From Thermoproteota archaeon (GTDB taxonomy: Archaea; Korarchaeota; Korarchaeia; Korarchaeales; Korarchaeaceae): a stretch of 64,000 nucleotides of DNA. The notes under the pieces were generated by a model. The model was not told the origin of the DNA and made no database searches. It worked only from the letters and a program-made list of their open reading frames with translations. Position numbers and translations under genes: made by a program. Location of the stretch: assembly GCA_027492205.1 (NCBI GenBank), contig JAOZFN010000009.1, forward strand, positions 97,316 through 161,315. Direction: 5' to 3'. Shown piece by piece: positions 10,195 through 19,920 of the stretch (its first letter is position 1; every line of letters starts with the position of its first letter).

Positions 10195-11343
10195 CTGGAC
10201 GGTGGAGATGAGGTTGTCAAGTTCTGCTATAGGCTTGTCCAGACTCCAAGCCTCTCGGGGGAGGAGGGCGAGGTAGCTGGCCTGATCAGAGATGAGATGA
10301 ACTCACTGGGATTCGACAGGACGTGGGTGGATCGGGCTGGAAACGTCGGAGGTTTGATCAGGGGGTCTGGGTCGGGGCCCGTGGTGGTCCTGGAGGGGCA
10401 CATGGACACGGTCCCCCCAGGGAGGGCGGAGGAGTGGGGGGTCGATCCCCTCTCCGGGGAGGTCAGGGACGGCTGGCTGTACGGCAGGGGGTCCGTCGAC
10501 ATGAAGGGGGCCATAGCGGCCATGGTTCACTCCGCCCTCCTACTGGACTCGGCGGACGCGGACGTGTACATGGCCTTCGTGGTGCACGAGGAGGACCAGG
10601 AGGGCTTCGGAATCAGGGTGTTCCTTGAGGAGGCAGGAATAAAGCCTGATCTCGTGGTCTTGGGGGAGGCCACGAGGCTCAACGTGGCCGTGGGGCACAG
10701 GGGCAGGGTCGAGATCAGGCTCTCCGCCGGGGGAAGGACGGCCCACTCCAGCATGCCCGATCTGGGGGACAGCGCGCTCTACAAGTTGGTGGAGGCGCTG
10801 GTCAGGCTCAGGGGGATCTCGGGAGAGCTGCCCGAGCACGAGGTCCTGGGGAGGTCCACCGCCTCTCCGGTTGCGATACGCTGCTCGCCCGGGGTCATTC
10901 CCGTCATCCCAGACTCTTGCGAGGTCCTGGTGGACTACAGATTGGTGCCTGAGGAGACGCTCGAGTCGATCCTGTCTAGGATGAGGTCGCTGAAGCCGGG
11001 AATCGAGGCCTCGGTCGTAACCAAGACCATAAGGTGCTACACCGGCCTCGAGGAACGCGTGAGGGCGTACTTCCCGGCCTGGTACATGCCCAGCGAGTTC
11101 GCGAGCCTGGTGGTGGGGGAGCTGAGCGGCGAGCTGGTGACTTGGAGGTTCGGAACGGACGGTTCCTACACAGCCGGGGAGGCGGGAATCCTCACGATTG
11201 GGTACGGGCCGGGCGACGAGACCCTGGCCCACAGGCCGAACGAGAGGGTCAGGGTGGCCGACCTGAGGGCGGCCGCGCGGGGGTACGCCAGCATAGTCAG
11301 GCTGGCCGAGGATCACCTGCCTAGGGGCTCGGGCAGGTCATGA
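10195..11343 (+). CDS. M20 family metallo-hydrolase, YgeY-like
   Basis: GHMDTV, GRGSVDMKG, VHEE, LGE, GHRGR, AHSS, W.FGTDG, GYGPG...AH; the conserved N-terminus (LVQTPSLSGEEGEVA) lies upstream of the ORF-track ATG 10297, implying a CTG start at 10195 after GGAGG. Confidence 0.85.
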   Translation: MDGGDEVVKFCYRLVQTPSLSGEEGEVAGLIRDEMNSLGFDRTWVDRAGNVGGLIRGSGSGPVVVLEGHMDTVPPGRAEEWGVDPLSGEVRDGWLYGRGSVDMKGAIAAMVHSALLLDSADADVYMAFVVHEEDQEGFGIRVFLEEAGIKPDLVVLGEATRLNVAVGHRGRVEIRLSAGGRTAHSSMPDLGDSALYKLVEALVRLRGISGELPEHEVLGRSTASPVAIRCSPGVIPVIPDSCEVLVDYRLVPEETLESILSRMRSLKPGIEASVVTKTIRCYTGLEERVRAYFPAWYMPSEFASLVVGELSGELVTWRFGTDGSYTAGEAGILTIGYGPGDETLAHRPNERVRVADLRAAARGYASIVRLAEDHLPRGSGRS

Positions 11344-11767
11344 GGTCCCTGCTCACGAGCACCACTGGAATCCTGACGCTGTCGGCCAGCTTCTCCGCAG
11401 GACATCCTCGGAGGGCCCTCAGCAGGCCTGAGCCCATGGATCGAGTGGGGATGACCAGCAGGTCGTGCCCCTCCACGGACTCCACCAGGGCGGTTTCGAC
11501 GTCCCTCGACAGGGCCACCTTGGCCCTGGCCGTCAGGCCGTGCTCCGCCAGACTGCTGACCAGCGCGTCGAGCCACTCGAGCGCCTCACGGGAGGGCTCC
11601 CTCAGGGCGGAGGCCTCGAGGGGGCTCGTCCTGGGCACCGTCACCACGTGGAGTAGGGTCACCTCCGCCGAGGTCAGTCCGAGGGTCCCGGCCAGAAGGC
11701 CCACGAGGCACTCGGCGCTGACCGGCTCGTCCAAGAGAACCAGAACTCTCTTACCGGCCTCGCTCAC
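11321..11767 (-). CDS. Universal stress protein (USP) domain protein
   Basis: RVLVLLD, VTLLHVV, DLLVI, PVVLV strand pattern; coupled to upstream gene. Confidence 0.7.
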   Translation of the reverse strand: MSEAGKRVLVLLDEPVSAECLVGLLAGTLGLTSAEVTLLHVVTVPRTSPLEASALREPSREALEWLDALVSSLAEHGLTARAKVALSRDVETALVESVEGHDLLVIPTRSMGSGLLRALRGCPAEKLADSVRIPVVLVSRDLMTCPSP

Positions 11768-12033
11768 TCCTCCAGCAGCCTCCCCATCCTCTTGTGCGTG
11801 TGGAGCACGACGAGGCTGTTGGAGCCGTTGATGCCCTGCTTCTTCAGAATCCTCTTCACGAGGACGCTCCTGAAGTGCTCTATGGACTCCGCCTCGACTA
11901 TCAGGACAAGGTCCTGGTCTCCCGTGACCTCGAACAGGTCGACCACCTCGGGCATCTGCTTGAGTTCGTCGACCAAGGACTCCAGATACTTCGCCTCGAC
12001 ATAGAGGTTGATTATCACAAGCATGGAACTCAC
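11764..12033 (-). CDS. Stand-alone Lrp/AsnC ligand-binding (RAM) domain protein
   Basis: 89 aa, PEVVDLFEVTGDQDLVLIVEA motif, no HTH. Confidence 0.8.
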   Translation of the reverse strand: MSSMLVIINLYVEAKYLESLVDELKQMPEVVDLFEVTGDQDLVLIVEAESIEHFRSVLVKRILKKQGINGSNSLVVLHTHKRMGRLLEE

Positions 12034-13886
12034 CTCCTGAGGACCAACACCTTCCCGGGAAGCCTCGCCGACACCACCCTGGCCAGGCCCCTCTCTTTAG
12101 ACTTCATGGCCCGCCTCGACGTGAGCACCACGACGAGGTCGTACCTGTCGCTCGCGCCCTCCATGACAGCCACTTCCACCGGCTCTCCGTACATAACGGA
12201 GGTCGTCGCGAGGATTCCCTTGGATCTCAGCATCTTAGCCGTCTCCGCAAGTAGGGCGAGCGTCCTATCGGTCTCCCTGGAGAGCTCGTCGGGTGACATG
12301 CCCGCGGGGTTGACGACGCTGAGCAGGTGAACCCTGAACCTCCCTCTGAGGCCCTCGGCAACGGCGCGGGCCACCTTCTCCGGATCGTCGTAGGGCCTGA
12401 AGAGCACTAGGGCGTCCATGAGGTAGTTGGCGGGCCTGGACATCTCCCCACTTATCCTCCCGGTGATCGGAAGGCCCGCCGCCGTCCGGTAGGCCGCGAA
12501 GGCCACGAGGCCAGCCACGAACCACGCCGTTCCCAGGGATCGCCCGACCGGGTGGAGGGCAGCCACCAGGGCGAGCATCACGCCGGTGGCCAGGGCGCCC
12601 AGGAGCCCAACCAGTGGGATCTCCCTCCCACCGACCTTGATGGAGCCCGGCGCCCTCCACGGCCGGTAGGCGTCCCTGTCCAACTCCCTCAGCCGTATCA
12701 TGGAGACGTTCACCAAGACGTAGGAGACGAGGGCCCCGAACGCGTACACATCCGCGATCTTCTCAAGACTGCCGAGCAGCGTCAAGAGCCCCCCGAGGAG
12801 GCCGAAGATCACTATGGTCCTCACCGGCGTCCTGAAGCGAGGGTGTATCGCCTTGAACCAAGAGGGCATCAGCCGGAACCTGCCCATGGAGTAGACCACC
12901 CTCGAGACTCCGATTATCCCCGTGTTGGCGGAGACCAGGTTTATCACGAATCCGGTGGCAGCAACCAGCGCCGGGGCGACTCCGCCGATCACGGGGAGGG
13001 ACTCCGCCAAGACGGTGAGGGGCCTCTCCGCGTTCTCGGCCAGGGGCCGCCAGCCGACGGTCCCCACCCCCACCAGGGAGAGCCCCAGCGCGAAGACCAG
13101 AACGGCGGCCACCGATAGCTTGGTGGCAAGCGGAATCCACTTGTAGGGCCTCTTTATCTCCTCGGCCGCCTGGGCGATGGACTCCACGCCTATGAAGGAG
13201 CTCATGGCCAGCGTGGTGCCGTAGATGAAGTTCTGCTCCCTAACGCCGATGCCCGGTAGGTAGGCGACCTCCTCCCTCACCCCAGGGAAGCCCACCTGTG
13301 AGAGGTTCGCCCTGAGCGTTTCCGCCCTGACGCAGGCCAAGCCTATCAGAAGAAGGATGCCCTGAACTGCCAGGCCGAGGGAGACCATTATCTCGTTCAA
13401 CCTGGAGGACTCCCTGATCCCGACCAAGTTCAGCAGTATCAGGGCGGCTATCATGACTATGGAACACAGGGCGAACCCGTTCAGCTTGACGCCCAGTAGG
13501 CTGTGGGAGAATGAGGCTATTTTAGGGAAGAAATACGATAGGTAGCCAGCCGACGCCATGGAGAACAGGGCGATGTCCACGGTGTAGCTCAGGAGCAGGG
13601 CCCACCCCGCAACAAAACCGGCGAGGTCCCCCAGCCCCCTCGCCGCGTAGACCTGGGCTCCGCCGGCGTATGGGTAGGTTGAGGACAGCTCAGCGTACAC
13701 CAGCCCTGTGAGGACGTAGGCCACGGATGCGAGGCAGAAGGCAAGCGGGAGCCCTCCAGCCGCGTAGGCCGCCACCAGACCGAGCGCTATGAATATGTCG
13801 GCGCCGACATCGGCGTATCCCATGGCGAAGGAGCCGAACCACCCTACGTCCCTTTTCAGAGAGACCTCCCGCCCTCCCTCGGCCAG
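12030..13886 (-). CDS. APC family amino acid permease with C-terminal USP-like domain
   Basis: ~12 hydrophobic segments, YAELSS..P.AGG.Y, IGVESI...AEE, SRVVYSMGR..P...HPRFRTP; N-terminal LKRDVGW lies upstream of ATG 13823 so start is a CTG (13886 or 13859). Confidence 0.88.
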   Translation of the reverse strand: MAEGGREVSLKRDVGWFGSFAMGYADVGADIFIALGLVAAYAAGGLPLAFCLASVAYVLTGLVYAELSSTYPYAGGAQVYAARGLGDLAGFVAGWALLLSYTVDIALFSMASAGYLSYFFPKIASFSHSLLGVKLNGFALCSIVMIAALILLNLVGIRESSRLNEIMVSLGLAVQGILLLIGLACVRAETLRANLSQVGFPGVREEVAYLPGIGVREQNFIYGTTLAMSSFIGVESIAQAAEEIKRPYKWIPLATKLSVAAVLVFALGLSLVGVGTVGWRPLAENAERPLTVLAESLPVIGGVAPALVAATGFVINLVSANTGIIGVSRVVYSMGRFRLMPSWFKAIHPRFRTPVRTIVIFGLLGGLLTLLGSLEKIADVYAFGALVSYVLVNVSMIRLRELDRDAYRPWRAPGSIKVGGREIPLVGLLGALATGVMLALVAALHPVGRSLGTAWFVAGLVAFAAYRTAAGLPITGRISGEMSRPANYLMDALVLFRPYDDPEKVARAVAEGLRGRFRVHLLSVVNPAGMSPDELSRETDRTLALLAETAKMLRSKGILATTSVMYGEPVEVAVMEGASDRYDLVVVLTSRRAMKSKERGLARVVSARLPGKVLVLRR

Positions 13887-14060
13887 CTGAGATCCCGGTC
13901 AGCCCGCTGATGCTCAGATCATAAAAGGTGATCGCCCGTGAAGCGGAGAGACCGATCGGCGAACCCCCTCTGCTAAACCGGGGGTTCAGACGCTATCCTA
14001 CACTACCGAGATTACCGGTTAACCCAAACGGACCCGGAGCATTCCGCGGGTTAGATTGTA

Positions 14061-14085
14061 AAGGAGTAGGGGGAGGAAAAAAGGT
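14061..14085 (-). terminator. Pyrimidine/T-tract terminator after the AOR operon
   Basis: Minus strand reads CCTTTTTTCCTCCCCCTACTCCTT shortly after stop at 14100. Confidence 0.5.
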
Positions 14086-14099
14086 AACATTGATGAGGA

Positions 14100-16037
14100 T
14101 CACGGCGGAATCCTGATTCCCCTCCTCTCAAGCTCTTCTGCCTCCCCCGTCAGCCCCAGCTCATCCAACCTCGCTCTCCTCGGGATCCCCGTCTCAACGT
14201 CCCAATTTCTGTACTGGTAGTACTCGTCGAGCATCTGGTCGAGCTCCACCACCTGCCCCTTGGCGGGCCCTCTCGGCATCGGCTCCTTGGTGAACCTCTC
14301 CGGCAGCGAGTCGTCCTTCCTGGTCAGCCCCTCCCTCACGTTAAACAGCCTCTGGAGGTTCACGATCCTGGCGCCGATTAGCCTTAGGTCGGCCTCCGTG
14401 TACTTCTTCCCGGTCACCAGCGTCAGGGCCTCCGCCAGGTCCGGGTAGAAGAAGACCGGCGGGATTATGGTGCCGTACTTGCACACGCCCACGGCCTCGA
14501 CCACGGCCCCGAAGTCCTCCAGCTCCGCCACCATGATGCCCTTGTACTTGGGGTTCAGCCTGTCCGTCATCTCGGGGAGGTACTGCTCTCCGAACCTCTC
14601 GACTATGTCCTTCTCGAAGCCCACCTCGTCCAGCACCGGGAACGCGTAGAGGTGGTCAGCGCCCCTGTTGGAGGTAGCGTGAGCCAGCCCCATGCTCTTC
14701 TGGGCCCTGCCGTCCTGCGCAGCTATCTCCATCTTCTTCACGTGCATCGCGTACTTCTCGGTTCCCCTCCCGATCTTCTTGGCGGCCCGGTAGACGCCTT
14801 CGGCCAGTAGGTCCCCGAAGCCCTTCCTAAGGGCGATCATCTCGATCAGCTGGACTATCAGCTCAGGGTCTCCCCACTCGAGCTCCAGACCTCCGGTGTC
14901 CTCCTTGGTCAAGAGGCCGTTCTCCCAGCACTCCATGGCCCAAGCTATGACCCCTCCGGCGGATATGACGTCCATCCCGTAAAGGTTGCACAGGTGGTTG
15001 GCGTAGATCAGGGCCTCTAGGTCGCTGTTCCCCACGTTGGCCCCCAGCGCGTCCAGACCCTCGTACTCGGGCCCCTTACCTATCATGGCGTACTTGCCGG
15101 AGGGCACTCGGACGAACCGGCCGCACCTCTGATAGCAGGCGAAGTCTGCCTTTGGCTTGAGCAGGTACTCCCTCGTCACCCTCTCCCCGGAGATCTTCTC
15201 CCACTCGTCGAACACGCCCTCCCTGTGGTTGTACGCCGGCAGCCTGCCTATGGCCTGCATGAGCTCAACCAGGCTGTTGGTGCCGTACTTCACCCTGTCC
15301 GGCGTGAATGGGTGGGCGAGCATCCTCTTGCCGTATTCGATCATGGTCTCGTAGAACTCGTCGGGCCTGGCCACCTTGATGGGTCTGTACCCCCTGGCCG
15401 CGATGGCCTTGAGCCTCTTGGAGCCCATGACGGCGCCGATGCCGGCCCTGGCCGCGGCCCTGCCGTGGTCGTTGAAGACGCCGGCAAACCTCACCAGGTT
15501 CTCCCCAGCCTGCCCTATCAGCGCCGCCTTGACCTGCCTGTCTCCGATCTCCTCCTTGATCATCTCCTCCGCTTCGTAGGTCGTCCTCCCCCACAGGTGG
15601 CTGGCGTCCTTTATCTCGGCCTTCCCGTCCTCGATGTATATGTAGACCGGCTTGTCAGACCTGCCGGTGACCACGACCGCGTCGAATCCGGCGAACTTGA
15701 GCTCGGCGCCGAAGTGCCCGGCGGCGTGGGCCTCGCCGTAGACGTCGGTGAGCGGGGACTTGGCGGCGACTATGTGCCTGCTGGCCTGAGGGAATATCGT
15801 CCCGGTGAGAACCCCCGTGGCCAGTATGAAGACGTTGTCCGGGCTGAACGGGTCCACCTCCGGTCCGACCAGGTCGAAGAGCCACCTGGCCGCGAACCCC
15901 GTTCCCCCGAGGTAGTTCAGCGCCAGCTCCTCGTCCAGCGGCTTTGGCACGACCTTCTGTCTGCTCAGGTCGACCCAAAGGATTTGACCGGCCCAGCCGC
16001 CGTACTTCCCGGCAACTCCGATCGACCCCGAATCCAT
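14100..16037 (-). CDS. Aldehyde:ferredoxin oxidoreductase (AOR/WOR) family tungstoenzyme, paralogue 3
   Basis: KSPLT, ELKFAGFD, IGQAGENLV, GAVMGSKRLKAIA, GPEYE, GMDVIS, RGADHL, FNVREG...DD.LP.RF. Confidence 0.93.
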   Translation of the reverse strand: MDSGSIGVAGKYGGWAGQILWVDLSRQKVVPKPLDEELALNYLGGTGFAARWLFDLVGPEVDPFSPDNVFILATGVLTGTIFPQASRHIVAAKSPLTDVYGEAHAAGHFGAELKFAGFDAVVVTGRSDKPVYIYIEDGKAEIKDASHLWGRTTYEAEEMIKEEIGDRQVKAALIGQAGENLVRFAGVFNDHGRAAARAGIGAVMGSKRLKAIAARGYRPIKVARPDEFYETMIEYGKRMLAHPFTPDRVKYGTNSLVELMQAIGRLPAYNHREGVFDEWEKISGERVTREYLLKPKADFACYQRCGRFVRVPSGKYAMIGKGPEYEGLDALGANVGNSDLEALIYANHLCNLYGMDVISAGGVIAWAMECWENGLLTKEDTGGLELEWGDPELIVQLIEMIALRKGFGDLLAEGVYRAAKKIGRGTEKYAMHVKKMEIAAQDGRAQKSMGLAHATSNRGADHLYAFPVLDEVGFEKDIVERFGEQYLPEMTDRLNPKYKGIMVAELEDFGAVVEAVGVCKYGTIIPPVFFYPDLAEALTLVTGKKYTEADLRLIGARIVNLQRLFNVREGLTRKDDSLPERFTKEPMPRGPAKGQVVELDQMLDEYYQYRNWDVETGIPRRARLDELGLTGEAEELERRGIRIPP

Positions 16038-16039
16038 AA

Positions 16040-17398
16040 TCACCTCCACCTCCCCATCCTGACGAACTCCCCGTGGCCGGGGCGCCCGACGGGCTCGCCG
16101 TCCTGGGCCACGACCTCACCCCGTACGGTGACCAAGACGGGCCAGCCCCTAACGACGATCCCCTCGAAGGGCGTCCAGCCCACCTTGTAGTGGAGCCTGT
16201 CGGCCCTGATCTCGACCTCCAAGTTCTGGTCGTAGATGACGAGATCCGCATCGGACCCGGGGGCCAGCTCGCCCTTCTTGGGGTACATCCCGAACGCCCT
16301 CGCCGGGTTGGCGCAGAGGGCCGCGCAGAGCACGGTGGGCGGTATCCCCCACCTGTGGAGCCCCTCGCTCATGGAGATCGGCAGCAGCGTCTCTACCCCG
16401 GGGATGCCGCCCCAGGCCTCCCATATGTCGTCCCAGCCGACCTCCTTCTCTTCCCTGGTGCCGGGGGCGTGGTCCGTGGCGATCATGTCCACGCCGCCGG
16501 TGAGCAGGGCCTCCCAGAGCCCCCTGACGTCCTCCTTCGTCCTGAGGGGCGGGGTCATCTTGAGGTAGGGCCCCCACCTCCCCACATCGTCCTTCGTGAA
16601 TACCAGGTAGTGGACGCACGTCTCCGAAGTCACCCTGAGCCCCCTGGCCTTGGCGTGGGCCACCAGCTCGGCCCCCCTGGCCGTGTTTATGTGGGCAACG
16701 TGGTAGTGCCCGCCCACCCTGGCCACTGACTCGATTATCCGGGCCACGGCGACGGCCTCGGCCTCGGGCGGCCTCGAGTCGTGGTGGGCCAGAGGGTCCT
16801 TCCTTCCCTCTACGTCTCTGACCCTGTGGACGCCCCTCTCCACAACTTGGTCGTCCTCCGAGTGGACGACAATCCTGCCACCAAGCTCGGACGCCCTGAT
16901 CAGGAGTTCCTCTATGTAGTCGTAGCTGGCCAGGAAGGGCTTGGTGGTGAACGCCTTGAAGGAGAGGACGCCCATCTCCGCAAGCTCGGGCATCCTCCTC
17001 AGGTGCTCCTCGCTCGTCATCATGCCCGCGTGCAGGCTGAAGTCTACGAGGGACTCCCTCCCGCCCACCTCTATCTTCTGCCTGGCCAGCTCCGGCATGA
17101 CTGTGAGCACCAGGGGCATGTCCATGAGCAGGGTAACGCCACCGGCAGCGGCGGCCTCGCTCCCGCTCTTCCAGTCCTCCCTGTGCGTGTAGTCCGGATC
17201 GTAGATGTGCGCGTGCGCGTCCATGGCCCCAGGCATCAGGATCTTCCCGTTGGCGTCTATAACCTGGGAGGCCTCTGGCAGGTGGGGATCCTTGGCCAGG
17301 GTCACGATCCTCCCGTCCTGGACGGCGACGCCGGCGCCCTCTATCATGAACTGGGAGGTCAGGACCCTGGCGCCCCGGATCACGAGGTCAACCGTCAT
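16040..17398 (-). CDS. Cyclic amidohydrolase (dihydropyrimidinase/hydantoinase/allantoinase family)
   Basis: MPGAMDAHAH, AAAGGVT...DMP, carboxy-Lys SFKAF, VHSED, ETCVHYL, PPLR, ATDHAP, GSDAD. Confidence 0.92.
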   Translation of the reverse strand: MTVDLVIRGARVLTSQFMIEGAGVAVQDGRIVTLAKDPHLPEASQVIDANGKILMPGAMDAHAHIYDPDYTHREDWKSGSEAAAAGGVTLLMDMPLVLTVMPELARQKIEVGGRESLVDFSLHAGMMTSEEHLRRMPELAEMGVLSFKAFTTKPFLASYDYIEELLIRASELGGRIVVHSEDDQVVERGVHRVRDVEGRKDPLAHHDSRPPEAEAVAVARIIESVARVGGHYHVAHINTARGAELVAHAKARGLRVTSETCVHYLVFTKDDVGRWGPYLKMTPPLRTKEDVRGLWEALLTGGVDMIATDHAPGTREEKEVGWDDIWEAWGGIPGVETLLPISMSEGLHRWGIPPTVLCAALCANPARAFGMYPKKGELAPGSDADLVIYDQNLEVEIRADRLHYKVGWTPFEGIVVRGWPVLVTVRGEVVAQDGEPVGRPGHGEFVRMGRWR

Positions 17399-19362
17399 CC
17401 GGCCTCTCCTACCCCTCCCTCGCCCTCAGGGGGCCGCTCACTCCTGGGCAGCTTACCGAGGCGCTCCAGCTCGGCGGCGACGTCCTCCAAGCCGAGTTCC
17501 ACGAGCTTCTCCCTCGTGGGCAGCCCGGTCTTGAGATCCCACCCCCTCAGGGTGTAGTACTCGTCGAGCATCACGTCCAGGTTAACGACCTGTCCCTTCG
17601 CTGGCCCGGCCGGCATCGGCTCCTTGGTGAACCTCTCCGGGAGGGTGTCGTCCCTTCTCGTTATCCCGAGCCTGACGTTGAAAGCCCTCTTGAGGTTGTT
17701 TATCCTCTCTCCGATCACCCACATCTCCCTGACGTCCTTAAAGGCCTCCTCTCCCGTGACCAGGTAGGCCAACCTGGCGAAGTCGTCCATCCAGAATATC
17801 GGCGGCCAGCCTACCGTGTACCAGCACACTATGAGCGAGTCCCTCACCGCGTAGGCGTCCTCGTGCATCTTCACGGCCAGACCCTTGTACGCCTCGGAGT
17901 ACCCGTTGACCACGCCCTCGACCTTGTCCTCGCCAAACCTCTCCCTGGCAGTGTCCCAGTAGGCGAGCTGGTCCACGGTCACGAGGGACCTCATGTGGTC
18001 CGCGCCCCTGGCCGACACCGCGTGCGTCAGGCCGGCGGACCTGTGGGCCCTGCCGTCCTGGCCGGAGATCTCCAAGCCCTTGACGTGCATCGCGTACTTC
18101 TCGGCGCCCCTGCCGATCCTCTGGGCCATGGCCCTGACGCCCTCGGCCATCAGGTCCCCGAAGCCCTTCCTGAACACGATCATGTCGAGGGCCTCGAGCA
18201 TGGCGTGGTAGTCCCCCCACCTGAGCTCGAAGCCCCCGGTGTCGTCCTTCGTTAAGATACCCTTCTCGAAGAGCTCCATCACGAAGGACATAGTCTTTCC
18301 AGCGGATATGACGTCGACTCCGTACTTGTTGCACAGCAGGTTTAGCCTGAGGATGGCGGGGAGGTTGTCGCACATGGCGCTGGAGCCGAAGGCGAAGACG
18401 GCCTCGTACTCGGGCCCCCCGGTGAAGGTGCCAGCGAACTCGCCCGCCCTCACGAGGTGCTTCTTCTTGCAGGCCGTGCTGCAGCCGAAGCAGGACTTAG
18501 TAGCCACCCAATACTTCTCTCTGAGCGTCTCGGCGTCTATGGAGTGGTAGCGGTCGAACACGCCCACCCAGTGGTTCTTCGTCGGGAGTTCGCCGATGGC
18601 CTGCTTAACCGCCACGAGCATGGGGGTGCCGAACCTCCTGAGCTCCATGGCCTGGTCCGACTCCAGGACCCTCCTGTGCCCCTCTAGGGCGAACTCGTAG
18701 AACTCGTCCGGGTGGGCCACCTCGACTGCCCCGAATCCCCTCACAGCAATGGCCTTGAGCCTCTTGGAGCCCATGACGGCGCCCATGCCGGTCCTGCCGA
18801 ACGCGTCGTGGTAGTTGGTGATTATGGCGGCGTACTTCACCAGGTTCTCGCCGGCCTGGCCGATGCTGGCCACCTGCACCGCCGGGTCCCCGAGCTCCTC
18901 CCTGATCATCTCGGTGGTCTCGTAGGTGTCCTTCCCCCACAGGTGGCTGGCGTCCCTGATCTCCACCTTTCCGTCATAGATGGAGAGGTAGACGGGCTTG
19001 CTCGACGCCCCCTCTACCACGATCATGTCGTAGCCAGCGTACTTGATCTCGGGCCCGAAGTGCCCGCCGGAGTGGGCCTCTCCCCATATCCCGGTGAGCG
19101 GGGACTTGGACACCGCGACGACCCTGCCCGAGGTGTGCCATATGGTGCCCGTCACCGGACCCGTGGCTACGATCAGCTTGTTGTCCGGGCCCAGCGGGTT
19201 GACCCCCGGACCGACCTCCTCCCAGAGGAGCCTAGCCGCCATGCCGTCGCCGCCGAGGTACTTGCGGGCCCACTCCTTGGGAGTGTTCACCTCCCTGATC
19301 TTGCCTGAGGTGAGGTCGACCCGCAGTATCTTGCCCGCGTACCCCTTGTACGGGAACCGCAA
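17395..19362 (-). CDS. AOR/WOR family tungstoenzyme, paralogue 2
   Basis: KSPLTG, GAVMGSKRLKAIAVRG, CFGCSTAC cluster motif, GPEYE, RGADH. Confidence 0.94.
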   Translation of the reverse strand: MRFPYKGYAGKILRVDLTSGKIREVNTPKEWARKYLGGDGMAARLLWEEVGPGVNPLGPDNKLIVATGPVTGTIWHTSGRVVAVSKSPLTGIWGEAHSGGHFGPEIKYAGYDMIVVEGASSKPVYLSIYDGKVEIRDASHLWGKDTYETTEMIREELGDPAVQVASIGQAGENLVKYAAIITNYHDAFGRTGMGAVMGSKRLKAIAVRGFGAVEVAHPDEFYEFALEGHRRVLESDQAMELRRFGTPMLVAVKQAIGELPTKNHWVGVFDRYHSIDAETLREKYWVATKSCFGCSTACKKKHLVRAGEFAGTFTGGPEYEAVFAFGSSAMCDNLPAILRLNLLCNKYGVDVISAGKTMSFVMELFEKGILTKDDTGGFELRWGDYHAMLEALDMIVFRKGFGDLMAEGVRAMAQRIGRGAEKYAMHVKGLEISGQDGRAHRSAGLTHAVSARGADHMRSLVTVDQLAYWDTARERFGEDKVEGVVNGYSEAYKGLAVKMHEDAYAVRDSLIVCWYTVGWPPIFWMDDFARLAYLVTGEEAFKDVREMWVIGERINNLKRAFNVRLGITRRDDTLPERFTKEPMPAGPAKGQVVNLDVMLDEYYTLRGWDLKTGLPTREKLVELGLEDVAAELERLGKLPRSERPPEGEGGVGEAG

Positions 19363-19365
19363 CCC

Positions 19366-19869
19366 TCACACCCCTGCCCTCTTCGGGGCCATCAGGTTCT
19401 GGGCCACCTCCTGCATCCTGAGGGCGACCATCCTCCTCTTGGTGTCGTCGGCCTGGTCGGCCCTGACCCACTTGATGGCGCCCGTGGGGCAGATCCTGGC
19501 GCACTGCGGGTCTCCGCCGCACCAGTCGCACTTCAGTATGCTGTTGGTCTCGGCGTCCCACCCCACGCCGCCGAACGGGCAGGCGGTGATGCAGGACTTG
19601 CATCCAATGCACCTCTCGGCCTCGTATACCACGAGCCCGGACTCCTCGTCCTTCCACAGCGCGCTGGTCGGGCACGCCGCGACGCACGGCGCGTCGTCGC
19701 ACTGGAGGCACGTGACGGGAACGTCGAGTCCGCGGTCCTCGAACTTCACCACCGTGATCCTAGACCTGGAGGGCTGGATCACACGGTAGTGATGGAAGGA
19801 GCAGGCCCCCTCGCAGAGCCTGCACCCGGTGCACAGCTCGGGCGTTATCAGCAACATCATCTGGGCCAC
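19366..19869 (-). CDS. 4x[4Fe-4S] electron-transfer (WOR small) subunit
   Basis: CTGCRLCEGAC, CLQCDDAPCVAACP, CIGCKSCITACP, KCDWC...CP; GTG start after GGAGGTG. Confidence 0.92.
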   Translation of the reverse strand: MAQMMLLITPELCTGCRLCEGACSFHHYRVIQPSRSRITVVKFEDRGLDVPVTCLQCDDAPCVAACPTSALWKDEESGLVVYEAERCIGCKSCITACPFGGVGWDAETNSILKCDWCGGDPQCARICPTGAIKWVRADQADDTKRRMVALRMQEVAQNLMAPKRAGV

Positions 19870-19920
19870 AAAAACCACCTCCCAACCCATTTCGCCTACC
19901 TCGCGGGACAAGGAAAAAAT

